Positions 25,391 through 38,420 are shown, counted from the first letter of the whole stretch. The stretch is DNA of 61,762 nucleotides, filler included, from Squatina squatina (GCA_031763465.1; 4 parts of 4 records of this genome joined end to end with filler, not necessarily neighbours in it), one strand, 5' to 3'. Program-made: numbers and translations. Notes: generated by a model from the letters alone, not told the origin.

Positions 25391-26839
25391 TTGGTTGTGA
25401 ACGGAATTGTCCGTTGGATTTTATTACAAACTGCTTGGCGGGTCCACATACAGCCCACGGTGTCTGTCGGGATGGAGTATTAACAGGGGGAGGCGATACA
25501 GCCCAAGCTCAGGTTCCACATCCAACCCACTCCTTGTCTGCACAGTCATTGTTTTGTGAACTGTGCTGGGTCACTTTGGATCAGGTCCCGGCTTCCCAGC
25601 TTAACTGTTGCCTCTCTGGTCTGACTCTGGAGGCAAGAATTAGAAGCCCATCTCTCGCCCAGGGATGCAGTGGAGTGGGAGGTGGGGGAGTGGGAAATGT
25701 CCCATTGATTCAGTGAAAGGTGGGGGGGAGTGAGGGAGGCTTCTTTAATGGTGTTGATCCTGGGACATATTGGTGAGAAGGGACACAGGGATCCAACTGG
25801 TGCCCTGGATGACCCCGGAGGTTTTGGATGAAAACTCCAGGAAGCAGGAACAGAAACAGTTCCATTCACTGCCCTCCCGGATATTGACAGCAGTCAGCGA
25901 GAGGAACTCAATGCTCAATGTTCACAAGGAATTCAAGTTAGGGAAGTATTTATAAATTCCTCCCATCAAGAGTAAACGGAATTACATGTTGCTTGCCCAA
26001 AAAGTTCAGCATTTTGCAATAATAAGCGGAATACTCCCGCCCCTGTGAGGTTTGGGAGACCGCCTATCACCAGGGACTGTTCAATGCTGAAACTTGATTA
26101 CTAATGCAAGGCAGGGCTGAACACCTTACAAAAAAACAGAATATTTAACACCAGCACAGTGCAGATTAAACCAAGGTTTACAAGTCATTGACCATATTCA
26201 AACATAGATTAACAAATCATTGACTGCACACTGTGACAAGCCTCAGCGGGACCAATCCCAATCCATCAGTATTATTGAAAGGATGTTGCTCACCATTTTG
26301 TTGAAAATGCCGGGTGGAGAAACAGAAAACATCTTAAATAATTAAAGACACTGTCCTGTCAGACAGAGACTCTGTACCAAACATCAGCTCAAACTACAGC
26401 CGGAGGAGTTGATTCCCGGTCTTCATTAAAGGTTTTAATCCTGACACAGAGATGGTCATCCTTCTCCAAGTGTTAAGTTAACATCAGACAGAGGGTAAAC
26501 GATCGATGTGAATCAAAGCAGATAGCTTCGCTGTGATTTGCACAGTGAATGTGTGTGTGTGAATAGTGCACAGAACACACAGTGAGCTGCGGGATATCTG
26601 AAATGATGATGGTCCTTTGGGAGACGATTGCAAAGGAGGAAATGTGTGGAGAATATCGTTCTCTTCCTAGTCCAATGGCTCAGACATGAAACGTGGGGAA
26701 GTGCATGTTGTGCAGAAATAATCCCAACCTGCAGCAAGTGGGGGACTTGTTACTTCCTCTGATTGAGGGCTTGGTCTTCCGTTGCAAACTAACCTTCTTC
26801 CTTGACATGGTGTCATCGACAACAACTTACGTTACAGAT

Positions 26840-27235
26840 CGTCAATGCGGTAAAATGTAATGTAAAACATCCCAAGGTGCTTCACAGGACCATAAACAGA
26901 CAAAAGTTGACACTGAGTCAGAGGAGGAGATATTAGGACAGGTGACCAAAAGCTTGGTGGAAAAGGTAGCTTTTCAGGTGCATCTTAAAGGAGAGAGAGG
27001 CGGCAGGTCACTGAGGTTTAGGGATGGAGTTCCAGAGATTAGGGCTGAGACGCTGAAGGCACTGCCACCAAAGCTGGGGTGAAGGGACTGGAGGATGTAT
27101 AAGAGGCCAGAGTTGGAGGAATACAGAGTTCTCAGAGGGTTGTAGGACTGCAGAAGGTTACAGAGATGGGGAGTGGCGAGGCCATGGAGATTTGAATACG
27201 AGGATAAGAATTTTAAAATTGAAGCAATCCTCGGC
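26840..27235 (-). mobile_element. L2 LINE 3' fragment
   Basis: GGTGACCAAAAGCTTGG and AGAATTTTAAAATTGA motifs shared with the other L2 pieces. Confidence 0.65.
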
Positions 27236-27819
27236 CCAGTCTGAAAGGAGAGGAGGGGTCCTCATTGATTCAGTGTGCTCAATGTCACCAATCAATCCAC
27301 AGCCCCACACGGGGGCTCTCAGCAAACACACATTCATTCAATTGTTTATTTTGTTAAGCGGTCTGCATCTCTCACTCCATCTCACAAACCAGAGATTGCT
27401 GGATCGTTATTAACATCACTGCATCGAAATGTCGCTGAGCTTCACAACTCCGTTGCAGTCCCCACTACGGATCAGTTGGTGACGGTTCTGGGAAACGGAT
27501 TCAAAGCAGATCCGGCGGATTATGCTCTGATTATGTTTACTCGGTTAAAACTTGCAAGCCAAGACATGTAAGATATATTTTAAACAATCCTGGGATGTTC
27601 TGATGTTCGATTTGCTAAAATTTAGCTCCAGTGTGGCTGGATCCAATATCAGGCCAAGACATTACAGATTAAAAAGGACTCGGCTTTAAACTGTTTAAAG
27701 TCACTCTGTCCTGACCTTCCATCACTTATCATCAATAGAAAAGTCTCTCCTAAAATTCTGAACCCCGCTGGCACCAGACATTGTCCATTCTTCTGAAATG
27801 TTCCCTTTCTCATTCCCAG

Positions 27820-28122
27820 AAATGTCTGTGTTTCTCCGAAATCCTTCTATTGAAGAGATTTGGATGAACAAGACTGCTACTCTGGTGTGTGAAGTGGTCT
27901 GTGCCGAACCGAGCAAGGTCCAAATCTCCTGGGCGGTGAGCGGGAAGGCGAGAAGAGAAGGGGTTGTGACCCAGCCACCGAGCGAGGTACAGAGCCGACA
28001 AATAGTCATCAGCAAACTGGAAACCAGCGTGAAGGAGTGGGCCAGCGGAGCAGAGTACGTGTGCTCTGTCCAAGGTGCTTCCTCGTCCTCGCCAGTGTCA
28101 AAACGGACAAGGAGTCCAAAAG
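27820..28122 (+). CDS. IgW: IgW CH3 exon (homologous to IgNAR C2)
   Basis: ttcccag|...|gtgggc, encoding EMSVFLRNPSIEEIWMNKTATLVCEV...SVKEWASGAEYVCSV...KRTRSPK. Confidence 0.92.
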
Positions 28123-28209
28123 GTGGGCAGAGATCAGAAATTTAACGCCAAGCTTTGATACACTCTTTTCCTCGAGGTTAACACTTTCTTTCTTGCACGT
28201 CTGTTCCAG

Positions 28210-28527
28210 TTGAAACAAAAAGCCCCACGGTCAGACTGCTGCCTCCAGCAGACCAAGAAACCAAGAGTAACAATACGGCCAAACTCGAGTGTGTGATCAC
28301 TGGATTCTACCCGGACCTCATACACGTCTCCTGGGAGAAAGACCGCTCTCCGATCTCCTCCAACACCAGCGCTGCACTCACCGCTCTGGAGCAGGCGGGA
28401 ACATTCAGTGTCAGGCACTTCCTGACTCTGAGTACAGAGGAGTGGAAGAAAGGCTCAGTCTTCACCTGTACAGTGTCTCATCCGCCCTCCAAGTTCCACA
28501 CCAGCCGGGATGTGAAGAATGACCAAG
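28210..28527 (+). CDS. IgW: IgW CH4 exon (homologous to IgNAR C3)
   Basis: Follows an 87-nt intron. ttccag|...|gtaggc, encoding VETKAPTVRLLPP...LECVITGFYPD...TALEQAGTFS...FTCTVSHPPS...KNDQ. Confidence 0.92.
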
Positions 28528-28674
28528 GTAGGCCCCTGGGCTTGATTCCAATGTTGACATCATGTTTCCCCACTGCTGTAAAGTCTGCTAGAGCTAGACA
28601 GGTTCAACACCAACGACATGGGTGTGGTCAAGTCGTGGTCATGTGAGTTGGACAATAATCCAGAGGCCTGGAGA

Positions 28675-29435
28675 AAGAAAGAGACAATTACATTTATGTT
28701 TCTCCTTTCACAATCTCTGGATGTTCTAAAGCGCTTGACAATTACAAAGTAATTTTTTTGTAGTGCAGTAACTGTTGTAATGTAGGGAACATGTCAACCA
28801 ATTTGCACACAGCAATGTGGTGATGACCAGATAGTCTGTTTTAGTGCTGTTGTTTGAGGGGTCAATATTCGGCAGGCCAAGGAGGAGCTCTCCCCTGCTC
28901 TTCTTCAAAATAGTGGCTGTGGAATCTCTTGGTCCACCCGAGGGCAGACGGGGCTTCGGTTTAATATCAGAAAGACCACATGTCCCACCGTGCAGCATTC
29001 TCTCAGTCCCAGTGCTGTGCTCAAGTCTCTGGAGTGGGGCTCCAACATACAACCACTGACAGAGAGGAGAAGGTACTGCCAATGAGCCGAGATTGACACA
29101 GTTAATAACCCAGAGAACTGAGATCAAATCCCACCCAGGCAGGTTGAGGATTTGAATTAAGTTTAAAAAGTAAAAACTGGAAATAAAACATTGGTATCTG
29201 TAAAAGTGACTGTGAAGCTGTTGGAATGTCAGAAAAACCCAACTGGTTCACTGAGGTTACTTTGTGGAAGGATACTTGTCCTTAACCTGTCTGCCCCACA
29301 CGTGACTCCAGTCCCACACCAAAGTGGTTGACTCTAAACCACCCTCTGAAGGGGCCGAGCAAGGCACTCAGTTCTACCTCTGGAGAGCAGCAAGAAGTGC
29401 TGGCCTTGCCAGCGATGCCCACGTCCCATCAGGGA
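28675..29435. mobile_element. Minus-strand SacSINE1-like SINE followed by a plus-strand tRNA-headed bipartite SINE
   Basis: Family cores as elsewhere. The second element ends TGGCCTTGCCAGCGATGCCCACGTCCCAT. Confidence 0.65.
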
Positions 29436-29469
29436 ACCATGAAATAATAATTGTAATATTTCTCCCAGA

Positions 29470-29789
29470 TGAATGTTTGGATACCAGCATCTCGGTCACT
29501 TTAAGCAAGCCTCTCTTCGAAGAGATTTGGAGGAACAGGACGGCGACCATTCTTTGTGAGGTGCTTCACAGTGATTTAGAGGGCTTCAGGGTAACCTGGC
29601 AGGTGGACGGACGTAAGAGAGAAGTTGGGGTGAAGACTGAGGGGCCTGAAAGGAATGGTGATAAAGACACGATCCTCAGTAGACTGACGGTCCCCGCCGC
29701 AGAGTGGGAGAGTGGGGTTGAGTATTTGTGTGTGGTGGAGGACAAGAGTTTGCCAACGCCGGAGAAGAGGTCAATCAAGAAGGCACAAG
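29470..29789 (+). CDS. IgW: IgW CH5 exon (homologous to IgNAR C4)
   Basis: ctcccag|...|gtacgt (start 29469/29470), encoding DECLDTSISVTLSKPLFEEIWRNRTATILCEVLHSDLE...EWESGVEYLCVVEDKSLPTPEKRSIKKAQ. Confidence 0.92.
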
Positions 29790-30349
29790 GTACGTGTGGA
29801 CAGAGCTCGGTGTGTGTCTGATCTAAGCAAATGAAGTGGTTTATTACCATCCAGCAGTGAGCTGTTTAGTACGAGGTGTCTGAGCATGTTAAAGACCAGA
29901 GATGCTCGGACCCTGCCGAGGAATGGGTCAGAAAATAATCCCAAATCACCGCAACAGCCTCGCCCCAAACCATACTGGTTCCCGTGGGATGAGTTCACAG
30001 CGGTGGGATAGACCCAGAGGGATTGGCAGCTTTCACAACATTAGGAAGAGCCTGAGTCAGGACAGCCATTGGGAGGATGAGGGAGCTTGTTTGTCTGAGG
30101 TGTAGGTTGAAGACAAGCAAATCCATTCAGAGGAAAGAGACATGGAGCAGACGGCACAGGATGAGGCAAGTCCATGGGCCTACCTCTTGACCACAGCAAG
30201 CAAGGGTCTGGGAAGTGGATCTCTGGTGTTTCTCACATAGAAACATAGAAAATAGGTGCAGGAGTCGGCCAATAGGCCCTTCGAGCCTGCACCGCCATTC
30301 AATATGATCATGGCTGATCATCCAACTCAGTACCCTGTACCTGCTTTCT

Positions 30350-30449
30350 NNNNNNNNNNNNNNNNNNNNNNNNNNNNNNNNNNNNNNNNNNNNTTAATTA
30401 ATTAANNNNNNNNNNNNNNNNNNNNNNNNNNNNNNNNNNNNNNNNNNNN
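30350..30449. other. Artificial scaffold-concatenation linker
   Basis: N44-TTAATTAATTAA-N44. Confidence 0.95.
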
Positions 30450-31639
30450 AAACAATGCAACAACAACGCAACAAATAATAACAAATTGTAACAAGTAGTA
30501 ACAGTAGTAACGAGCTAACAAAACATCTAAAAGTATCGCAACTGGCGATCTGAGATACAGCAGGCTTCGGAGAACTTCTGCCATCCACCCGACTGACGGT
30601 CCACCTTCCATGTTCAGCACCATCGATCAGCCCAGGTAGAGGGTGAGCTCCACACCCACGACAGGCGAGCCATCTCCGGGGTCCCACCAGAGCCGTGCAT
30701 CGAGTCGCACCTGGAGTCTGCCGCTGACCACGAGCAGGCTGATTCAGACCACACCATCGGTCCCCATCTGCCACCACCTCTAAAAGACCGAGCTGTTTCA
30801 TTGTCGCCATCAAAGGGGTGCACCAAACCGTGGAGGACGTCCCACCATGAGTCCTGGTGAGCATACGCCCGAACCCCAAGACACATGGGCACCCCAACGT
30901 AAAGCGTGCCCTTCACAACTCTCGGCCAAACTATAGTTTAAAGGGGTATTGCTCTCACTGCTGTATATTATTGATCTTGTCTTATTTATGACTATACATA
31001 ATAAAACATCTTTTGGTTCAACCTGAGACAGGTATTGTTTGCATTGACTCAAGGGTTTTCGCCGATGAAAACATTATCATAAGTCCAGGTCCCTCGAACC
31101 CACAAGATCCGTGGCGTGCAATTGCATTAGGCATTGCCGAGGCATATTCCACCAGCACCGATCTAAAATCACCTACATGCATATCCAAGTACTTTTTAAA
31201 TGCGATGAGGGTTTCTGCCTCCACCACCCTCTCAGGCAGTGAGATCCAGACCCCCACCACCCTCTGGGTGAAATTTCCTCAAATCCCCTCTAAACCTCAC
31301 ACCAGTTACTTTAAATTTATGCCAGAATTGGAGGAGCGCCGAGATCTCGGAGGGGTTGTAGGGCTGGAGGTGATTACCGAGATAGGGAGGGGGGTGAGGG
31401 CCATGGAGGGATCTGAATACGAGGATGAGAATTTTAAAATCCGCGTGTTGCCGGACTGGGAGCCAATGTAGGTCAGCGAGCACAGAGGGTGAATGGGACT
31501 TGGTGCGAGTTAGGACACGGGCAGAAGAGTTTTGGCCGAGCTCAGGTTTACGGAGGGTGGAAGATGGGAGACCGGGCGAGGAGAGCTTTGGAATAGTCGA
31601 TACAAAAGGTTAGAGCCATGGAGGGGCACCTGGATTCTA

Positions 31640-31945
<306 letters not shown>

Positions 31946-32139
31946 TTAGGGAGAAGGTCAAACCAGAGAAAATCCTGACCGGAGCAGAGAGATTCTCCTC
32001 AGATACCCACCAACTCTGTGGCCCAAACACCAGCCAAGTNNNNNNNNNNNNNNNNNNNNNNNNNNNNNNNNNNNNNNNNNNNNNNNNNNNNNNNNNNNNN
32101 NNNNNNNNNNNNNNNNNNNNNNNNNNNNNNNNNNNNNNN

Positions 32140-32699
32140 GTGACATCATCTGAAAACACGTTAGGTTTCACATGTACGCTGACAACATCCAGCTCTGCCT
32201 CACCACCTCTCGAACCCTCCACTGCATCTGATGATTTGTTACACTGCTTGCTCAACATCCAGCATTGGCGGAGCAGAAATTTCCTTCAAATTAAATATTG
32301 GGAAGCCACTGTCTTCAGTCCCCGCCATACTGATGACCAAAGTCATTGTCTTCTGGTCCCTAGCCATTGGCTCCATCTCTCTCTAGCCACTGTGAGGCTG
32401 AACCAGACCGTTCACAACCTTGGCAACTTACATGACCCTGAGCTGACCTACTGATCCCATATTCATTCTATCACCCAGACTACCTACTTCCACCTCTAAT
32501 ATCGCCCATCTCCACCCCTGCCTCAGCTCATTGGCAGCTGAACCCCTCATGCCTTTGTTACCGCTAGACTCAATCATTCTATTCTCTCCTGGCCTCCCAT
32601 CTTACTCACTCCATAAACTTGAGCTCATCCAAAACTCTGCTGCCCGTATCCTAACTCGCGGCAAGTCCTGTTTATCCATCACCACTGTGCTCACTGACC
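32140..32699 (+). mobile_element. L2 LINE RT/C-terminal fragment, decayed
   Basis: FHMYADNIQL and LHKLELIQNSAARILT motifs. Confidence 0.75.
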
Positions 32700-32799
32700 N
32701 NNNNNNNNNNNNNNNNNNNNNNNNNNNNNNNNNNNNNNNNNNNNNNNNNNNNNNNNNNNNNNNNNNNNNNNNNNNNNNNNNNNNNNNNNNNNNNNNNNN

Positions 32800-34934
32800 C
32801 CTCTGACGATGCAGAACCTTCGACAGTGCTGCACCTCTGACAATGCAGCACCTCTGACAACAGAACTTCCGGCAATGCAGCACCTCTGACATTGAAGCAC
32901 CTCCGACAATGCAGCACCTCTGACAGTGCAGCTCCTCTGAGAGTGCAGCACCTCTGACAATGCAGCACCTTCAACAGTGCAGCCCATCCAACAGTGCAGC
33001 CTCTCTGATAATATAGTACCTCTGACAATGCAGAACCTCTGTCGATGCAGTACCTCCGACAATGCACAACATCTGACAATGCAGCACCTCTGACATTGAA
33101 GCACCACCAACACTGACGCACCACTGACAATGCAGCAGCTCCGTCAATGCAGCACTTCTGACGTTGAAGCACCTCCGACAGTGCAGAACCTCTTACAGTG
33201 CAGCAACTCCTCAATGCAGCACCTCCGACAATGCAGTCCCTCTGACAATGCAGCACCAACGACAATACAGCAACTCCGGCAATGCAGCACCTCCTACGAT
33301 GCAGAACCTCTGATAATGCAGCACCTCCGACAATGCAGCACATCCGATAATGCATCACCTCTGACAATGCAGCTCATCTGACAATGCAGCACCTCCGACA
33401 ATGCTGCACCTCTGACAGTGCAGCACCTCTGACAAAGCAGCACCTCCGACAATGCAGCACCTCCGACAATGCAGCACCTCCGATAATGCAGCACCACCGA
33501 CAGTGCAACACCTCTGACAATGCAGCACCCTGACATTGAAGCACCTCTGACAATGCAGCTTCTCTGACAAAGCAGCACATCTGACAATGCAGCACCTCTG
33601 ACAATGCAACACTTCCGATAATGCAGCACCACTGACAATGCTGCACCTCCGGCAATGCAGTGCCTCTGACAGTGCAGCACCTCCCATAATGCAGAATCTC
33701 TGACGATGCAGAACCTTCGACAGTTCAGCACCTCTGACAGTGCAGCCCCTCTGACAGTGCAGCGCCTCCTCAATGCAGCACCTCCTCAATGCAGCATATC
33801 TGACACTGCAGCACCTCTGAGTGTGCAGCACCTCCGGCAATGCAGCATCTCTGACAGTGCAGCACCTGCAACATTGAAGCACCTCTGACAGTGCACCCCC
33901 TCTGACAGTGCAGCACCTCTGACAATGCAGCACCTCCAACAATGCAGCACCTCCGGCAATGCAGCATCTCTGACAGTGCAGCACCTGCAACATTGAAGCA
34001 CCTCTGACAGTGCAGTCCATCTGACAGTGCAGCGCCTCCTCAATGCAGCACCTCTGACAATGCAGCACCTCCGGCAATGCAGCACCTCTGACAGTGCAGC
34101 CCCTCTGACAGTGCAGCGCCTCCTCAATGCAGCACCTCTGACAATGCAGCACTTCTGAGTGTGCAGCCGCTCTGACAGTGCAGCCCCTCTGACAGTGCAG
34201 CACCTCCTCAATGCAGCCCCTTTGACAATGCAGCACCAACAACAGTGCAGCACCTCCAACGATGCAGCACATCCTACTGTGCAGAACCTCCTCAATGCAG
34301 CACCTCTGACAATGCACCACCAATGACAATGCACCACCTCCGGCAATGCAGAACCTCTGAGAATGCAGCACCTCCTACAACAGAACATCCGACAATGCAG
34401 CACCTCTGACAATGCAGCACCTCTGACAGTGCAGCACCTCCTACAACAGAACTTCCGACAATGCAGCACCTCTGACAATGCAGCACCTCCGACAATGCAG
34501 CACCTCTGACAGTGCAGCACCTGCAACATTGAAGCACCTCTGACAGTGCAGCCCATCTGACAGTGCAGTCGCTCCTCAATGCAGCAACTCTGACAATGCA
34601 GCACCCCTGACAGTGCAGCCCTTCCTCAATGCAGCAACTCTGACAATGCAGCACCTCTGACAATGCAGCACCTCCGATAATGCAGCACCTCTGACAATGG
34701 AGCACCTCCGACAATGCAGCACCTCCTACGATGCAGAACCTCTGACAATGCAGCACTTCTGACAGTGCAGCACCTCTGACAATGCAACACCTCTAACAAA
34801 GCAGCACCTCCGACAAAGCAGCACCTCCGATAATGCAGCACATCCTACATTACAGAACCTCTGACGATGCAGAACCTTCGACAGTGCTGCACCTCTGACA
34901 ATGCAGCACCTCTGACAACAGAACTTCCGGCAAT
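32800..34934 (+). repeat. 17-bp minisatellite (consensus CTCTGACAATGCAGCAC), roughly 125 units
   Basis: Repetition is directly visible. It produces the spurious VRGAALSEVLHCQRCC ORFs. Confidence 0.95.
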
Positions 34935-35034
34935 NNNNNNNNNNNNNNNNNNNNNNNNNNNNNNNNNNNNNNNNNNNNNNNNNNNNNNNNNNNNNNNNNN
35001 NNNNNNNNNNNNNNNNNNNNNNNNNNNNNNNNNN

Positions 35035-35274
35035 TGCGCATGCCGTCGCTGCCAGGATATGTCGCAGGAGCTGACTGGACCCTTTAGCCCTTCCGCCATC
35101 TTCACACTGAGGAGGACGGAGTCACCTCCCGCTGGTGAACTGCGGACCACGGAGGTGGCCAAAATGAGGAGCGTGATGCCTACCGATGAGCAGTTTGCTG
35201 CCCTCATCCTGGCGGGCTTTGCCAGCTTATCCATTTTCATCGCCTTTGTATTACAGTATTTCATCATGAAGTAA
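35035..35274 (+). CDS. FNDC3B: Fibronectin type III domain-containing 3B, terminal exon (C-terminal TM anchor)
   Basis: CACRRCQDMSQELTGPFSPSAIF...KMRSVMPTDEQFAALILAGFASLSIFIAFVLQYFIMK* matches the human FNDC3B C-terminus (MPTDEQFAAIIVLGFATLSILFAFILQYFLMK). Confidence 0.93.
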   Translation, partial: CACRRCQDMSQELTGPFSPSAIFTLRRTESPPAGELRTTEVAKMRSVMPTDEQFAALILAGFASLSIFIAFVLQYFIMK

Positions 35275-38200
35275 CGGAGGGAGAAGAAAGCAAGCAAAAC
35301 GATACGCATATAATTCTTGAGGTATAAACTTAGCCACATACTAGTGCCAGCAAAACTCATTTAAATATTCCTTTGTTGAACTTCTATTAATCGTCTTTTA
35401 TTATTAATTTTGTTATTAATATTTTTTCCTCTTCCTTTTTTTTTGTTCNNNNNNNNNNCTCTTTCCTGCACCTTTTTCGGAAATTACTTTGACCCTTTCA
35501 CCACATGCCGTTTGGCACCACCCCCAGGACTAGTCAAGCCGCTGCTACCCTCCCGTGAAGTTGGGTTCTCGGCTGTGCGAGGAGGCTGTGAACGAGTTCA
35601 AGTATTCTCCCAGCCAACTGTTTAGTTGGAGGTTTTAGCATTTTTTTATATATATATATATACAAAAATATATATTTTAAAAAAAAATATTTACGCTGGG
35701 AAGGAGGTTGGGGTGGGGGTGCGGGGGATGCGGGCGGGGAGAGACAACAAGCTTCAAATTGTTCGAAAGCGTCGATCGACTAGAAGAATGCCGGGTTTTT
35801 TTTTAACATTTAGACAGCGTACTTGCAGGAAACGCCATGGGTGGCATATTTCATTTAGCTGTGGGAAGGGGAGCATTCCCTGTGATCAGCTCTGATGCAG
35901 TTCCACCCCTTGGACTATGGGCATGATGTTGGCAGTCAAATTCTACCCGGCAATTCGGGTGCCATATTATTGTAATTATGCCAAGACGGGCCCCTCTGCC
36001 CAGCTTTCGTTCACTGCCCTTATGCGTACGTCATAAGTGAGAGCTACGGCATACCGCCATAGGTGTATTTGTAAGATTGTACGAGCCGCAATCGGGTCCG
36101 GGGGAGCGGTGTTGAAGGCGGCCCCTGATTTGCGCTCTGCCCCTTATTTCTTTTTAACCGTACCAATCCTCTCGGGCACCGGACACCCCTCTTGAGACGC
36201 TTGAACTCCTTTCTGCCACCCGGGGACGGCCGTGTGGTGGTGGGANNNNNNNNNNNNNNNNNNNNNNNNNNNNNNNNNNNNNNNNNNNNNNNNNNNNNNN
36301 NNNNNNNNNNNNNNNNNNNNNNNNNNNNNNNNNNNNNNNNNNNNNATGTACGGGACAAGACACGGTCCTCCGACAAGTGTCGTGAAACAAAGGGGAAATG
36401 ATAGACGCGAACACGAACCAATGGTCAGAGGAAACCGCCCCGCTCCCCACCCTGCCTTCCCTCGGACACATGTTAAAACAAGTTTTGAGTTGAAAACCAA
36501 ATAGAAAATGATAAAGTCGAGCCGAGAGTTTCTGAGCCGAGCCTGAGTCGTCGCGCTTGGTGCAATCCATCTCACTCTCCGCACCTCCCTTACCCCTCGC
36601 CAAACTCAGACGGGGGCGCAATTCCAGCATTTCATTCATCATTTCTTATTTATACTTGTTATTGCATTCAGTACTTTAAAAAGAAAACCAATTTCAGTGC
36701 AATCCTATTATTTATTGTAAGTATGCTTATGTACTCATTTTAGTTTTCTCTGGGTAGCATGCTTTGTGTTTTTTTTGTCTGTGTGTCCATTTTGAATTTT
36801 AGAAGTTTTTTTGCTGTCGGTGTCTCTTAAGTTCTAGTTTTTGTAACGCTTTTTATCTCAAATCGAGAATTCTTTTATCTCGTGTGCGTGCGTGCGTGTG
36901 CACACGAGCGTGTACGTACTGTTCACCAAAAGCATTATTTGCGAATGAAATGTTTACACATAGCCAGGCTAATAACCATAATTGTTTTTTTTTTGTGGGG
37001 GCGGGGATGATTTATCCCCTACAAACTGCTAAGATCGTTGTTGTATTAAAGTACCCGGAATATCCAGGGGGCTCAACCACGGAGAAGTCGGGGGGAGGGG
37101 TGTATGAACCCCAATTTTCTTGACATGAGTTGCGACCCTTTCCCGTGACCTGAATTCCCCCCCCTCCCCTGAATCTTTCTAGGTGGTTGCGTCCCTCAGG
37201 TTATCAGTTGATGTAGCAATGTTAGTCAGGATTTCTAGTTAATTCTTGCTGTTTTTTTTCATTACTTCCGATCGCTGAATTTGACAAAGCAANNNNNNNN
37301 NNNNNNNNNNNNNNNNNNNNNNNNNNNNNNNNNNNNNNNNNNNNNNNNNNNNNNNNNNNNNNNNNNNNNNNNNNNNNNNNNNNNNNNNNNNNAAAGCAAT
37401 CAGAGCAGATAGTTACATTTGAGCAATTATTGTTTTTGAATTAAAGATTATCTTCTATTGCCAAAGCTTCAGGCTTCTCTACTTTAACCATTTTTTTTTA
37501 ATTTAAATTGTTATGTGTTTTGTGACACTTGCTTTTAATAGTTTTTTTTCTTTGAGGTCCCTCATATACATGTCATTCATAGTTTTTAAATGAACATAGT
37601 TTGTCTTTTTTAAAAAGATTTAGAAGACAAGAAGGCAAAACAAATTTTTTTTTGAAGTCGGGTACTGTTGAGTCTGCGCTATTCGATGCAAGTTATGGAA
37701 ATGTTTGCTTCCTGCAGGCACTGCAAACCAACGCTACAAATCTGCCTCGGTGTCGATTCTTGCCATACTCAAATCGATTTGACACTTGAAGTTACGCTCT
37801 GGCATGCCAACCACACGATAAATTAACGCACGCGTCTGAAATTCCTCTGGCCACTAAACCGGTTAACACCTCCCGCTAAAATGGCGGAGAGAGAACTTTC
37901 CGACAGATGTTTGTTCTAGGACTGCTATCGGGGCCTCGTNNNNNNNNNNNNNNNNNNNNNNNNNNNNNNNNNNNNNNNNNNNNNNNNNNNNNNNNNCATT
38001 AAAGCCTTCATCCCTTGGTATCACACAGCGTAATTACAAGGTCTGAATTCTTCAGACTCCCCCTCTCTCTCTCTCCTCTCTTCATTATCGAGCAGTGTTG
38101 CTGTTGTGAGACTATTTCCCCTGCAGCGATGCACCTCTTGGTTAAGTAATCTAAGTTCTGAAAGAAATTAAATGACTCTCTTTTACCTCAAGTGTTGAAC

Positions 38201-38420
38201 GTACATTCCAAGCTTTTCATTAAAAAGGATAAATAAAAATAAGAATGAAATCATAAACATTTGTTGTATTGTAAATTTTAGATTATTTCATAAGCATTAT
38301 ATAAAACTGTCGTATCAATTTTAATGTATAGATTTTGCAAATACTACCCTATGTATGTAAGACTAAACCTTATCTGTAGCGTATATATGTAATATATTTA
38401 TGCCCAAATAAATGTTTTAA
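35275..38420 (+). other. FNDC3B: Probable long FNDC3B 3' UTR
   Basis: U-rich, TE-free sequence after the stop codon with an AATAAA cluster at ~38230-38410. Interrupted by gaps. Confidence 0.55.

Noticed and set aside
26541-26578. RSS-like CACAGTG-22nt-ACAGAACAC in an IgW intron
   Set aside because: The nonamer matches only 6/9, the spacer is a TG microsatellite, and there is no adjacent V, D or J coding segment.
27820-29789. IgNAR assignment of the last three Ig exons
   Set aside because: IgW CH3-CH6 are homologous to IgNAR C2-C5. The IgW-type CH1, CH2 and Cys-rich short tail indicate IgW.
30450-31010. GC-rich ORFs at the start of piece 3
   Set aside because: No recognisable domain or splice structure. 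It may be an LTR or other repeat, but I cannot support a call.
32672-34841. Long Cys-rich ORFs (up to 338 aa)
   Set aside because: They are translations of the 17-bp minisatellite, with the same peptide in all frames and no splice or domain evidence.
32800-34934. CRISPR-like repeat array
   Set aside because: The repeats are head-to-tail without unique spacers, there are no cas genes, and the context is vertebrate.
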